From positions 1-64,000 of the forward strand of contig RSEE01000040.1 of the NCBI GenBank assembly GCA_003971905.1: a DNA stretch of 64,000 nt, read 5' to 3'. Both the position numbers and the translations under genes were made by a program. The first letter of the stretch is position 1. The number at the start of each line of letters is the position of its first letter. The DNA comes from Moniliella sp. 'wahieum'. Taxonomy: Eukaryota. Of this stretch, positions 1 to 11,588 are shown piece after piece. Under the pieces are notes generated by a model, which worked only from the letters and a program-made list of their open reading frames with translations, was not told the origin of the DNA and ran no database searches.

Positions 1-772
1 ATGCTAGCCTTATCGCTAGTGACCTTGGCGTAACCCAGCGAGCAAGTTGGCCAGAGTCTCGTATCGCTTTCGGACAAGCGATCGCCGTGGGCCTCCTGGG
101 TCGCCTCCGACTAGGATGGTGGGCTGGGCTTCTCTTCGTCGGTAGAGGAAGAGTTGTCGAACAAGGGAATGGTGCCGGAAATGGAGGCAACTAACTTGGG
201 TTGCCCCCGCCAAGTCGCTCGGTCATTCGAGGAAGCGCCAGGATCTTGGATACAGATCCCAACAGCGACTCCTTGAGTTGCATTGGCCGTCGTTGAAGGT
301 GGGGTGACCGACTCGATGAGTTCATGCGCGAGTAGCCACCATGGCCGTCTTGGCGGCCGTGGCGCATCATCGGTACCTTCGGCAGCATCAAAGGCGAGGA
401 AACTGGCCACCTCGGCTTGCAGGTGGTCAGCGGTTCCTCCTCCGCGTCGGCGGAGCCATTGGGCTTGAGGCGAGGCGCGAGGCGACCAGATGGTCGAAGC
501 GGGCTCCTGCTGCTGTTGCAAGGTAGCTTTCGGCCGGGCATGCGCGCCGTCGGAGAGGAGCTTGTTGGTGTGGCGCACGGCATCGGGCGTGACATGGACA
601 GACGAGCGGACTGCGACGCGGGGGGGGCGGCGGCGGCGGTGCGGGACGGGGAGGAAGGAATAGGCAGCGGCGGAGATGCCGCCGAGGTCGGAGGGAGCGG
701 AGGACGTAGGTGGGGCGTCGGCAGCCGGCTGGATCCCGAGGCAGCGGCGACAGAGGCGCCAGTAGAAGGCAT
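1..772 (-). CDS. Hypothetical protein, 5' part (probably continues off the left edge; frameshifted)
   Basis: ATG at 772 after a C-rich leader. A Pro/Ser-rich start switches into the 111..857 frame (HLQAEVASFLAFDAAEG...WWLLAHELIE...KLVASISGTIPLFD). No family recognised. Confidence 0.4.
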
Positions 773-2315
773 GCGTTTCGTGGGGATGGTGGGGGGTGGT
801 GGGGGTCGGAGCAGGCAGCGACGGCAAACTCAGGCGGTGGGAGATGCTTCGGGCCAAGGCGTGGCTTTAATGAGAGAATGCGAAGCTGACGCGCTCGAAT
901 AGACACACAGAATTAAGGCCAGCCCGTCTCGGTCGAGCTGTCGAGACGCCAGGCGAGACGGCGTATGTGACGTCAGCCAGGTTTGTACTTTTTGTGGTGC
1001 GGACGCAGCACGCATCGACGACGGACCAGATCGCAGGCACGATGCATTGAGGCAGGCCTCCCAGTCACTCGCTAGCTGTCACCAGGCACTTCGGCTTCGC
1101 CAGCCACTGCCTGCGCTGGCCCTTCCTCCAGTAGGTAGCTTCCCGGCTTCAAGCTGCGCATCACCGGTGACGTCACCTGTCATGCCCCGCGGTTATCGGT
1201 TCGGGCCAAATTCTCAGAGTTGTCCCATGTCCGCGGAGCCATTTCTTGTTACAGGCAACCGTGCCGGTGCGAGAAGCTACTGTGACACTTCCGTCAAGCA
1301 GGAGTGCTCCTCGCCTGGTAGCACTTTTCGAGACCTTGTGAGGCCCGAGGCCACCCCCGAGCACTCCTGCACCTGGCCCAAGACAACAAAAGCGAATCAC
1401 CTGTGCTGAAGAGGGATCTGAGGCCTGAGGCAACCTCTGGCCGCGGAACGTGTAGGAGAAGCGTCTCAGCTGGTATCAGAGGACTTGTCAGGCACGTGCA
1501 CGAACGAACAAGCAGGTTCCTTAACAATGTTCCCGATCCTATTCAATATTCATCCTTGCAGCGAAGATGCATAAGGATGTATACCTCTGGTGATCTGATG
1601 CCGCGCTGCGAATCGCAAGGAGGCCCGTTCGTCAATCGCCTCATAGTGTTTGATTGCGCAGGAACACTCGGTTCAAGTTTTTATGAGTTACAAAAGTGTG
1701 TTCCGTATATAAGAGAGAGAAACGGGCACGTGGGGCCATGCCTCCGCGGACCTGAACCCTGAACTAGGAATGATCGATGTGGTCGCCTTTGATGAGACTT
1801 TTCGGAGTCCTGATAGTCTCTCCTCGAGGGCGATACAATCTTCGCACTGTGGTGATGGTGGTGTTTAAGCCAACCAACAACACCTATACCAAGGGAGCAT
1901 AGACAAAGGGGGGTAACATGGTCTAGAACAGATCTCAGGGGTAGCTATTGAACCTGGTAACCATAATGCATGTGTTACCAGGTGGGTCTGATCCCCCAAC
2001 ACTGACGTTTTGGCCAAAAAACGAGCCACCCGGGGTGGTGATCAATACAGCCTTTTGGTTTTTGTGTGGGTGCGTTGTTGTAAGAGCCCCTCCTCTAATA
2101 AAGGCCTTCTCACATCTAGCCATATCCTGTGTCTTGCGTCAACGCTCATCGCCGGTCTAAGGGAGAGCCCACACCATCTCGCCGAAAGTATCTTTATATA
2201 CCTCTTCACCCACAACACCTTGTTTCATTGGGACAGGAGGGTCTATGAAACCCCGGGGCCGGCCCGTTTTAGGAGGCACGATCCCTTGGGAGACGGTAGG
2301 TCGACTCACGTGGTA

Positions 2316-2778
2316 GTTTCGGGCTTGGGCTATAGTTGGATCCGAGCGGAGCTAGGGACGAGGAAAAGCATTTAGTGGAGCGGCTGCATGTGTGGCAAGC
2401 TCCGTCTGCACCGGCTTGGGCCGTAGTAACATGTCTGAAGCCTCCGTGGCTTAGCGACCGGAGGAGGCAACGGGACAACACTGCCTTTTTAACAGAGACC
2501 GGACGGAGACTGGAAATCGACGTGGCTGAAGGGGGCTCGCGCGACTGGACTGATGGAGCGCTGGAGGATCAATACTAGAAGCTCGGTGGCCTCATTTAGG
2601 TCATCCGACTTGGACTTGGGCCGGGGGAGGCTATTATCGCGCGGATGCATGGCCCCTCGGGCCGGGGCCACCGGATCTGATTTAACCAACCATCATCATA
2701 CTTGGTCAGTGGACTTCGGAGCACGCTCTGCTTGGCAGGGTGGAGCAGGCGGGGCCTTAGCTTGGATCGAACCATCTC
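2316..2778 (-). pseudogene. Decayed coding relic, paralogous to 25512-26350
   Basis: Collinear blocks shared with 25512-26350: ggagctagggac, gtctgaagcctccgtgg, aatcgacgtgg, tcgcgcggatgc, gtggactt.ggagc.cgctct. The minus-strand peptides ERAPKST, KSDP and HPRDN are conserved through third-position changes. Confidence 0.55.
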
Positions 2779-4268
2779 GGGTCCACAACGCAGCCCGTAA
2801 CAAGGAGAGTCCGACTCTAGCAACACCGGTGACACACTCTGGCTCTCCCTTTTTTGTCTGTGCAGTATGCGGCGGTGGAAGACTACAGACCAACTGAAGA
2901 TGGGGCCAGGGCACCTGATGGGCATTGTAGCTCCAAGAGTCGCAACGAGAACAGTCTATCGTTACATGCATAATGCGACTAAGACGTTCATCGAAATTCA
3001 CTCGTGTATATAATCTATTGTGTTCTCTCGCAATCCATTTACTCCCACATCAATCCACTTTTTGAAGACGAGGGTGGCGGGAGCGAGCAAGAAAGAGGAT
3101 CGCATGACAACGTCATTCGCCTCCGAACTCAAAATGAGAGGCTGTAGCACATACTAGAGATTAAGAGCGAGCCTGCGTGGGTGGGATAGATAAAGTCAGC
3201 GTTTTCCCTTGTCCCTTCCTATCGTCCGAGAGACCAGCAACGCCTACAGAGGAACATCAAGTAGCGAGTCGCCACCAGGGGCTAAGCTGCGGAACAAGGA
3301 AAACAGGAGAGAAAAACAACGGAACTCCCAGGCCTGAGAAGGAACTGAAGGGACATAGTTGGGCAAAGCACGAGCCACCCGATGGCTCAACAAACTAGTC
3401 ACCCCGCCTGAGCCGCTCGCTCCTGGCTAACGTGTGCAAAGAAACTCCTTTTTCGTGGTTGCTCTGGGCGAGAAGCGATGAGAGAAGCAACGAGAGCCAA
3501 TTTAAACTGCTGAGTGAGATGTCTGAGGCCTGCGAAGGCGCTACAGCACTTCCATGGGATCTCTTCCTTGAGGGTTTTTTTGTGGGTGTGGGGGGAGTGG
3601 GGGTAAATGATGCGTTCAAGTGGAAGCCGACGGGTGGCATGGGAAAAAGGGTGGTGTGGCGTGCGTTGTGGCGTGCGCTGCAGGGTGCGCGATGGGGTTG
3701 GATGTCGCGGCACGGGGGCAGCGCAGACACAGACCCGGCGTCCGGCTGAAATGCAAGCCGGGGCCCGGGCGGAGGCGGCTCTGCTTGCGGGCGGTAGCTG
3801 TGCACGGGGAGGCACTCGGCAGGCACAGAGCTGCCTGGCGGGCGGCGGCGGGCGGAGAATGTGTGTGATGGGCGCGGCGCCCGGCTCCGGCATGTCCGCA
3901 AGGCACGGCGGCAGTGTGGGTGGCTGGCGGCTATGCCCGGCCCGGGCGGACTGGGGTTGGGCGTGGGTTGGGCGTGGGGAGGGTGGGCGCGCAGGGTTGG
4001 GCGCTGGTTGGCCCGCAGCCGCCGCCTGATTAATCACCAGCTGGACTCATCCTTAGCACGCTGTCCCAGCCGCCAGCAGCAGCACCCAGCAGTCACTAGT
4101 CAGACAGGCCCAGCGCCAGGGCTGCCTGCGCTGCGTGGCCTGGATGCATGCGGTGCTCCCACCAAGTGCAACGTTCAGCCCGCCTTTTCACCCCCCCCCC
4201 ACCCTCCTCCCTCCTCCCCCGCCCCCCCCCCACCACCTCCCTCTCCCCCACCCTCCTCACCACCGACG

Positions 4269-6177
4269 ATGCTGGCCGCTCGTCTGCCTCTGCGCGCCCG
4301 CCTGCGCACCCCCGCCTGCCTCGTGCCCCCCCGCTCCGGCACACGCCCTCGCCACCAACGCCGACATGCTCGTCGGCGCCCAGACGGCCTCTGGCTTGAC
4401 CGGCCCCCTCTTTGCCCAGCAGCACACCCTTCCCAAGCTGCCCGTCCCCGCCCTGGCCGACACCTTGCCCAAGTACCTCAAGTCCACTCTCCCCCACCAC
4501 GCCACCCCTGCCGCGCGCGCCCAGACCGAGGCTGCTGTCACCGCTGCCCTCGGCGGCCAGGACGCCGAGCTGTTCCGCACCCTCCAGCACCGCCTCGAGA
4601 AGCGCGCGGCCGAGACGGAGAACTGGATCTCGGACTGGTGGAACGAAACCGCCTACTTTGGCTACCGCGGACCCATCGTGCCCTATGTGAATTACTTTTA
4701 CTGCCACACCAACGACCGCACCCGCACCACACCAACCTCACCCGCGCCCCGGCGCTGCTCAAGGCCTTCCTCGCCTTCCGCCGCCTCGTCGAGTCGGGCG
4801 AGCTGGCCCCAGAAAGCACCAAGACGGGCGCTCTGGACTCGAGCGCGTACCCTTGGCTCTTCAATGCGTCCCGCATCCCCCGTACGCCAGTGGACTATGC
4901 GACCAAGTACAGCTCCACCACCCACAACCACGTTGTCGTTCTCCGCAATGGCAAGTACTGGTCCTTTGATGTCATCAACCCTTCCAGTGGACAAGAGCTG
5001 TCAGAGATGGAGATCCAGTGGCAACTGCAACGCATCCTTGAAGACCCGGAGAGCGCAACGGCCGACCCCCACCTGTTGGCGCCTTGACTGGTGTGGACCG
5101 GGACGAGTGGGCCAAAGCGCGAACGGGCTTGCTGGCCGCATCGCCGGTCATGAACAGACGCTCGAGACGATCCAGTCGGCGATTATTGTATTGGCATTGG
5201 ACAATGCGTCGCCCGTGCTGCCTGCCGACGTTTCGCGTGCCATTTGGACGGGCGGGAAAGGTGCGCTGAACCGGTTCTTTGACAAGCAGCAATTGGTGGT
5301 CTTTGACAATGGCGTGTCGGGCTACAATGGCGAGCACAGCACCATGGATGGCACACCGACGTTGCGGATGAACGACTTTGCTTTGGCCGCGCTCGAAGCA
5401 GGCAAGGTCGACATGGGCACCAGCCACGACTCGACCATTCCTGCGCCGAAGCGCTTGCACTTTGAGCTGGACGAGGCGGCCAAGAAGGCGATTGAGAAGG
5501 CCCAGCTCGACTTTACCACATTGCTCGACCAGCATGAGGTGGAGGTCCAGAATTTTGTTGCGTACGGCAAGGAGGCCATCAAGAAGTTCAAGGTGTCGCC
5601 CGATGCATGGGCTCAGATGGTGATCCAGCTGGCTATTGGAAACTGTATGGCAAGCCGAGCCCAGTGTACGAGAGTGCGCAGACGCGGAAATTCTACCTGG
5701 CCGCACCGAAGTCATTCGTTCGTGCTCCCCCGAGAGCACTGAGTTCTGTCGTGCGTTCTTGTCGGCTTCGGTACCGGACGTGGAGCTGCACGCGCTCTTC
5801 CAGGCCGCTGTAGCGCAGCACCTCAAGTACGCCAAGGATGCGGGCGAAGCACGGGCGTGGACCGGCACCTGTTTGGGCTCAAGAAAACTGATCGAGCCCG
5901 ACGAGGCCGTACCATTGCTCTATACCGACCCTACCTTTACCGAGAGTTCGACCTGGCGGCTGTCCACGTCGCAAATTCGTCGGAACGCTTTGCGTCGTGG
6001 GGGTATGGCGAGGTGGTGGACGATGGCTATGGTTGCTCTTACACCATCAAGAAAGAGTCGATTGTCTGGACGCTCACCTCGCGCGGACAGGACACACGCT
6101 TGCTGTCGCATTACCTCAAGGAATCGGCGCTGGAGCTGCGCGACTTTTTCCTTCGCTACCAGGCGGCCCAGCCATAA
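4269..6177 (+). CDS. CAT2: Carnitine O-acetyltransferase (frameshifted in assembly)
   Basis: LPKLPVPALADTLPKYL, NWISDWW, NRFFDK, catalytic GEHSTMDG, YGKEAIKKFKVSPDAWAQMVIQLA, YESAQTRKF..GRTEVIRS, WRLSTSQ and WGYGEVVDDGYG occur across frames. Arg-rich N-terminus. Confidence 0.93.
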
Positions 6178-6975
6178 GATATCGAATGACATGCATCATG
6201 GCGCACAACAAGGCAGATTGCATATGTGCCATGATCCTCCCTCTTTATCCCCCCTCACCCTCTCTCCTTGCCTTTTCTCCTTGCTCTATGCAATGCTACC
6301 TCGATATGTTGCTTCTCATGAGGCAAGCTGCGCTTCCCAGATTTGCCTCACTTTCGTGCCACAATGACGTGCTGAGAGGGGAGCTCCCCAGTTCACTTGC
6401 AGTTGGTAGTCATTTTGGTCCCCTAGCATGATCGTTGATGATCGATGCGTTTCCTCCATCTTACCATCCATTTTTCACACTGCATCACCAGCTCATCTGC
6501 CGTTCACGGCGCCCACTCTTTTCGGAGCCCCCAATCTGGGCTTTCCTCAGGCCTCACTAGCTCACTGTTCTCTAAATAGCCGCTACTAGGAGACATTCTC
6601 TTTGTTCGTTTCCGGTCCGAATACCGGCGTTTTAACCAATGTGCGGGAAGGAAATCTGGCAGGGAGATAGATAGATCGATTAATGTTGGCTTGGCTGAAC
6701 TATCGCGAAGGGGTGTGAGCATCCAGTCGCGTCCCAACTGGCCAGAGGCACATTGGATCGATGATCATCACCGATCAGTCGCCATATGCCCGTTGCTCGG
6801 TGTTCGGTGATCACCACCAGTGACCGGCGCGGGCGAGGGGGGGATGGACACTGGTGCTGTGCCGGACTGCGCGACGCGTTTTGTCGGCGGCCCTTCCGCG
6901 TCCCGCGAGGTGCGGGTGGAAGAGACGTCCCTGACGTCCCCCCTCCCACCACCTTGTCCTGCCACACCGAGCGCC

Positions 6976-7690
6976 ATGTCGGTTGTCCACCTGCAGAACG
7001 TCGAGATCCTCAACCCCAACGCCAAATTTGACGCACCATATGTGTTCAAGGTGACGTTCGAGTCCATCGCGCCGTTGGCGGACGACCTCGAGTGGCGCCT
7101 GATCTATGTGGGCAGCGCGCAGAGCAAGGACTACGACCAAGAGCTCGACAATTGCCTTGTCGGTCCGGTGCCAGTGGGAGTCAACTCGTTTGAGTTTGAG
7201 GCGGCTGCCCCGGACTCGTCCAAGATCCCGGCGGAAGACCTGCTGGGAGTCACTGTCATCCTCCTTACCGGATCGTACAACGACAATGAGTTCATCCGGG
7301 TAGGATATTATGTCCACAACGACTATGAAGACCCCGAGTTGCGTGAGAACCCACCGGAAACGGTCGACCTGAGCAAGGTGCGTCGGGAGGTGCTGGTGGA
7401 AAAGCCTCGGGTGACCAGGTTCAATATCAAATGGTACGTGCTGCTTTCGTCTTGCCTCGTGGTGTGGCTCTGAATCCTATTATGTCTCCTAACCTTTCCC
7501 CTCCTTTCTCTTTCCTGTCACCAGGGACACCGAGACGACTGCGGCGATCGAAGAAGCTGCCAACACTGCCGCGGCTTCCTCCTTTGCGCCCTCGGCCGAG
7601 CCGGTGGAAGACTTGCATGGCAAAGCACTCCCACCCGTCTTCCCCTCCAGCGGCTGCACCACAATCCGCCGAGCCACAAAGGAGGCGTGA
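6976..7690 (+). CDS. ASF1: Histone chaperone Asf1 (intron 7434-7524)
   Basis: [73 protein letters not shown] intron; TGA at 7688-7690. Confidence 0.95.
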
Positions 7691-8228
7691 GCACACCGCA
7701 AACCTAGCTAACCAGACGGGCGTGCTCCCGCTTCTTCTGCCCTTCCTGTGTTCTGCTCAAGGTCATAGTATCGTGTGAGGGAGCATGGGCGGTGCGGTCA
7801 CCTTCCATAGCGGCAGTTGCGGTTCCCTGGCTTGCGAGATTCCACTGTGTAGAGCAAATGCTTGCTGGCTGTGGTCAAGTAATCCAGCTCCATGACGTCT
7901 TGCCTATCCAACGTGGGATCTGCGCCTCTCCGGATGAGACCGAGCGGGCGAGATGGCGGCTGGCCAGTCAGGGGAGGGGCGTGGGCGCGCAAGCTCAAGT
8001 TGCAGGGCGGCGCAAGCCTGGGAGCGGATTGGCGTATAGCACACGGCGTAGCACGTGATCGTGACGTGTCATGCTCTCGTCACATGTGACAAGCCACCGG
8101 GTAAGCTGCGCCCTGTGAAACGTTCAACTCTCGTGCATGTGCTTGGCTAGGACAGGCCGGGACCCGCTGGGCTCGAGATCGGGCGCTGCTCCCACCACCA
8201 CTTCTCAGCCCGCGCCGCCCCAAGCAAG

Positions 8229-8649
8229 ATGGACGGCGCCATGGAACTTGTGGCCAAGAAGTGTGCCAGCCAGCTCAGTGAGCCGCCCCCTTTCCCTTGC
8301 TGATATGGGTTCACGCCGTGTGCGCTAACGCAGCCTCGTGTCCTCAGGCAACTTCCAGCGCTGCTTGCTCAGCGCGCGCGACGAGCCGAGCAAGTGCGAT
8401 GCCTACCGGGTTGAGCTAGCCAAATGTTCGGCGGATGCAGTGCCGATCGTGCGGGAAACCAAGGCACGATGCCGCTCACAGATCTTGCACTACGATGCAT
8501 GCCTTGCCCACCACCGTACCGAAACGGACGACGAGTTGGCGCAGAGCTGCGGGCCTACGTTGCGTGAACTGTGGAGGTGCACAGAGCAGGTCAAGGCGAC
8601 AATGTCTCGCGCCGCAAACGAGAGCAGGTGCAGGAGGGGGCGAGCATGA
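8229..8649 (+). CDS. Mitochondrial intermembrane-space double twin-CX9C (CHCH) protein, Mix14/CHCHD5-like (intron 8278-8347)
   Basis: The spliced product has four CX9C motifs: CASQLSNFQRC, CDAYRVELAKC, CRSQILHYDAC, CGPTLRELWRC. Intron GTGAGC..CTAAC..CAG. Confidence 0.8.
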
Positions 8650-9065
8650 CAATGACCTAAGTCAGAGTGACCGGTTCGCTGCGCGCCGCGTCCCTTGCCC
8701 CACCCTGCCGTACTCTTGCAGCTCTGTTGACAAAAATTGCCCTCTGCTCGTGGTGTGCGCAAACAAAAAAGCAGTACCACAGTCGACGGGGGAGCAGGGT
8801 TGAACTGGGCTTAGGCCTTAACAGCCTCGTGTATGGATGTAATTGGTCTTTCCGTAGTCTAGAAGCCGCCGCGAGAGAGAATAGCGTGGTGCGCATCCCC
8901 CCGAATACGAGCAGCAAGTAATTCATGGCCCTTCCTCACTTCTGTGCTAGAGAGCCATTTAAAACGAAGAAGTTGTCACTTCCTGAAGCATGCTTGAGTC
9001 AGCGTGGGGCTGGGGGCGGAATGCAGTTCCGCGCTGCGAGAGTGAGACCGCTTTTTCAACAGGGC

Positions 9066-9077
9066 AAATTTTTTCTT
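9066..9077 (+). promoter_or_regulatory. RRPE-like element upstream of YTM1
   Basis: CAAATTTTTTCT about 65 nt before the ATG of a ribosome-biogenesis gene, in otherwise GC-rich DNA; resembles AAAATTTTTCA. Confidence 0.35.
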
Positions 9078-9138
9078 CGAGACCTCCCGCCACTTGCCAG
9101 CCTGCTAACCTCTCCACCGACCCGACCGACAAAGAACC

Positions 9139-10972
9139 ATGGCGGACATCGTTGGAAGCGCCGCCGCTCCCGGCGGCGCCGAGATCCGGACCGTACCGGT
9201 AGTGCTCACCACGTCCATCCCCGGCGCTGCTATCCCCGAGACGCCGTACATGGTGCCAGCAGCCTGGCGCCGAACCCACCTGTCGACGTTGGTGAACCGG
9301 GTTCTGAAGACGCAAGGCGGCGAGACCAGTGTGCCCTTTGACTTTGTAGTGAATGGCGAGCTGCTGCGCACGTCCCTCGGTGCCTACCTGGAGCAGCATG
9401 GGCTCGACACGGAAGCCATGCTGCGTCTCGAATACGTCCGCTCCACTTTGCCCCCGCGGTTCGAGTCGATCATCCCGCAGGACGACTGGGTTCCAGCGTC
9501 AGTGCCCGTCTACCAGCATATCCTTCCCTTACTCAGTTTGTTCCGGAAGGGAGTGCACCGCTGTTCCTCACCGGCTCGTTTGATGGCACGGCCCGTGTGT
9601 ATGCCGCGGACGCGCCCGATGCGCCGCGATACAGTCTCCGGGCCGCGCCTGTTGGCGCTGGCAACGCTGCGCTGTCATGCGCCGCGTGGGTTCCTCCCGT
9701 GTCCGGTGCAAGCGCCGACGCTCCCGAGAGTGCACCCGCGTGGTCACCACCGGCCTGGACGGGAGTGTCCGCATGTTGGCTTCCCCGCCTCTGTCTTGGG
9801 GGCGGAGCGGGTTGCTGGCGCTGAGCGGCAAGCACGGCTACTGTGGAGTGGTACGGTCTCCAACTCACCCTTGGCCGGTGCCCGGGGTGGGTACAAGGTG
9901 CCGGTGCTGCCAGTGAGTGCGCTGGCGGTCAGTGCAGATGGCCAAACGCTCGCTACGGGTGGTTGGGATGGGCTGGTGTCGCTGTGGAACGCAATTGGGG
10001 ACGAGGAGGAGCAAGAAGAGCCAGAAGAGGTGAATGAGCTGGACGTACAGGAGCACCGCGTGGCAGATGTGGAGCGGGAGGCGGAGTTGCTGCCGGCCCA
10101 ACTGGCGGCAGCGGCGGCAGAAAAGGAGGAGGTGCCGGATCGGCGCAAGCGGCGTAAAGGCCGTGCTGGCGAGCCGGCCCCGCTCCATGGCGCTGCTGCG
10201 CCTACATTGGTCTTGCGCCACGTGCCACCTGTTCCCGTGGCCGCTCCGGCCCCGGCTGCAGGCGGCGTTGGATCTCATCCTGGCCTGGCACCGGGCACTA
10301 ACGCGCGCGTGACGGGTGTTCAGTTTGATGCGCTCCACCCCAACCGCCTTTACTCGGCTGGATGGAATGGGACGGTCAAGGTGTGGGACACGGACCAGGC
10401 TGGTAGCATGGTGGATTCAAAGGTACGCAACTTGTTGGGCAGAAGGAATGCGTTGAGATAAACTAACTGAGGCTTGTCGTCTTTCAGGCATCGGACAAGA
10501 CAATTTTGAGTTTGACTCAATTGGCCTATGGCCAAGGTGCGCAAGGCGGTCTCTTGGCCACGGGCCATCTGGAGCGGTCCTGGGGCTCTGGGATTTGCGG
10601 CAAGGCACGGTGGCCGGAACGAATGTGGTAGCTGGGGTGGCCGAGGCCCATGCTGGTCCTGTGACAGCCGTGGCGGGTCATCCACGTTCGTCGGCCCTTC
10701 TTGCATCCGCGTCACTCGATGGCACGGCAAAAATTTGGGACGTGCGGAGCCTAAAGCAACCTCTCTTTACCCTTCGCCCGCCTGAGCTTGACCAGGCGGC
10801 TGGCGAGGCCGAGGCTGCTGAGGCTGGCACTCTTCCCCGCTTGGCCAACTTGCCTTCGGAGCGGCTGCTGGCCATCGACTGGACTCAGAATGGGCAGACA
10901 ATTGTCGCCGCGGGCGAGGACTGCCGCATCTCGGTCTGGCACGGCACCAACATTGGTCTTACTGACCTGTGA
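9139..10972 (+). CDS. YTM1: Ribosome biogenesis WD40 protein Ytm1/WDR12 (intron 10423-10487)
   Basis: NLE domain (PYMVPAAWRRTHLSTLVNRVL..VPFDFVVNGELLRTSL..MLRLEYVRS..DDWV) followed by WD repeats (LATGGWDGLVSLW, LYSAGWNGTVKVWD, LASASLDGTAKIWDVRS, GEDCRISVW). Confidence 0.92.
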
Positions 10973-11588
10973 GGGTCAGTGGCAAAACGGATTACATTGG
11001 CTTAATTTGTGCCAGGGACTGAAGACGGAAGCTCAAGGGAGGCTGAGTTGGCTGCTATACGTCTCTATCTGTGGACACAAATATGGGGATGTGTTGGTCA
11101 AACGCCAAAGGTGTGAAGGAAGTATTTCGTCCGGATGGATAGAATAGACTGCCTCATCAAAACCACGGGGACCTGTTGTCAGGCAGGCTTCGCGCTGCAC
11201 TTGGCTGGTGCTGGCTATGGCAACATCATCATCAACGTGCAGCGGAACGACAGATACTGTGGACAGGATGGGTCGCGTATGATGGAACTACGCGACCTCA
11301 CGTCTGGGGACACGTTACCTTGAACGTCGGAACACGTAACACCAAACCAGACCTCGCAGGCCACGTGATCTCCAACCGGTGATTAATGATCAGTGACGAA
11401 TTCAATTCACATTGCCTCGCGTATGCATAGACAGGCAGTGCTGCTGACGTAATACACACACGCCGTTGTTGCGTGTGTTGATTTCTGGCCAGTCCGACGC
11501 GTCGCCCAACTGGCGCGTGGGCTTGCGTTGCGTCTTCTCCAGCGCCCACCATCCCCTCTGCTGGCCTTACCCGCACGCCCTTGCACCC

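Noticed and set aside
1952..1983. 10-bp hairpin ACCTGGTAAC/GTTACCAGGT as a Helitron 3' end or tRNA remnant
   Set aside because: CTAG spacing and flank do not fit a Helitron, and the nearby A-box-like and B-box-like words are on opposite strands.
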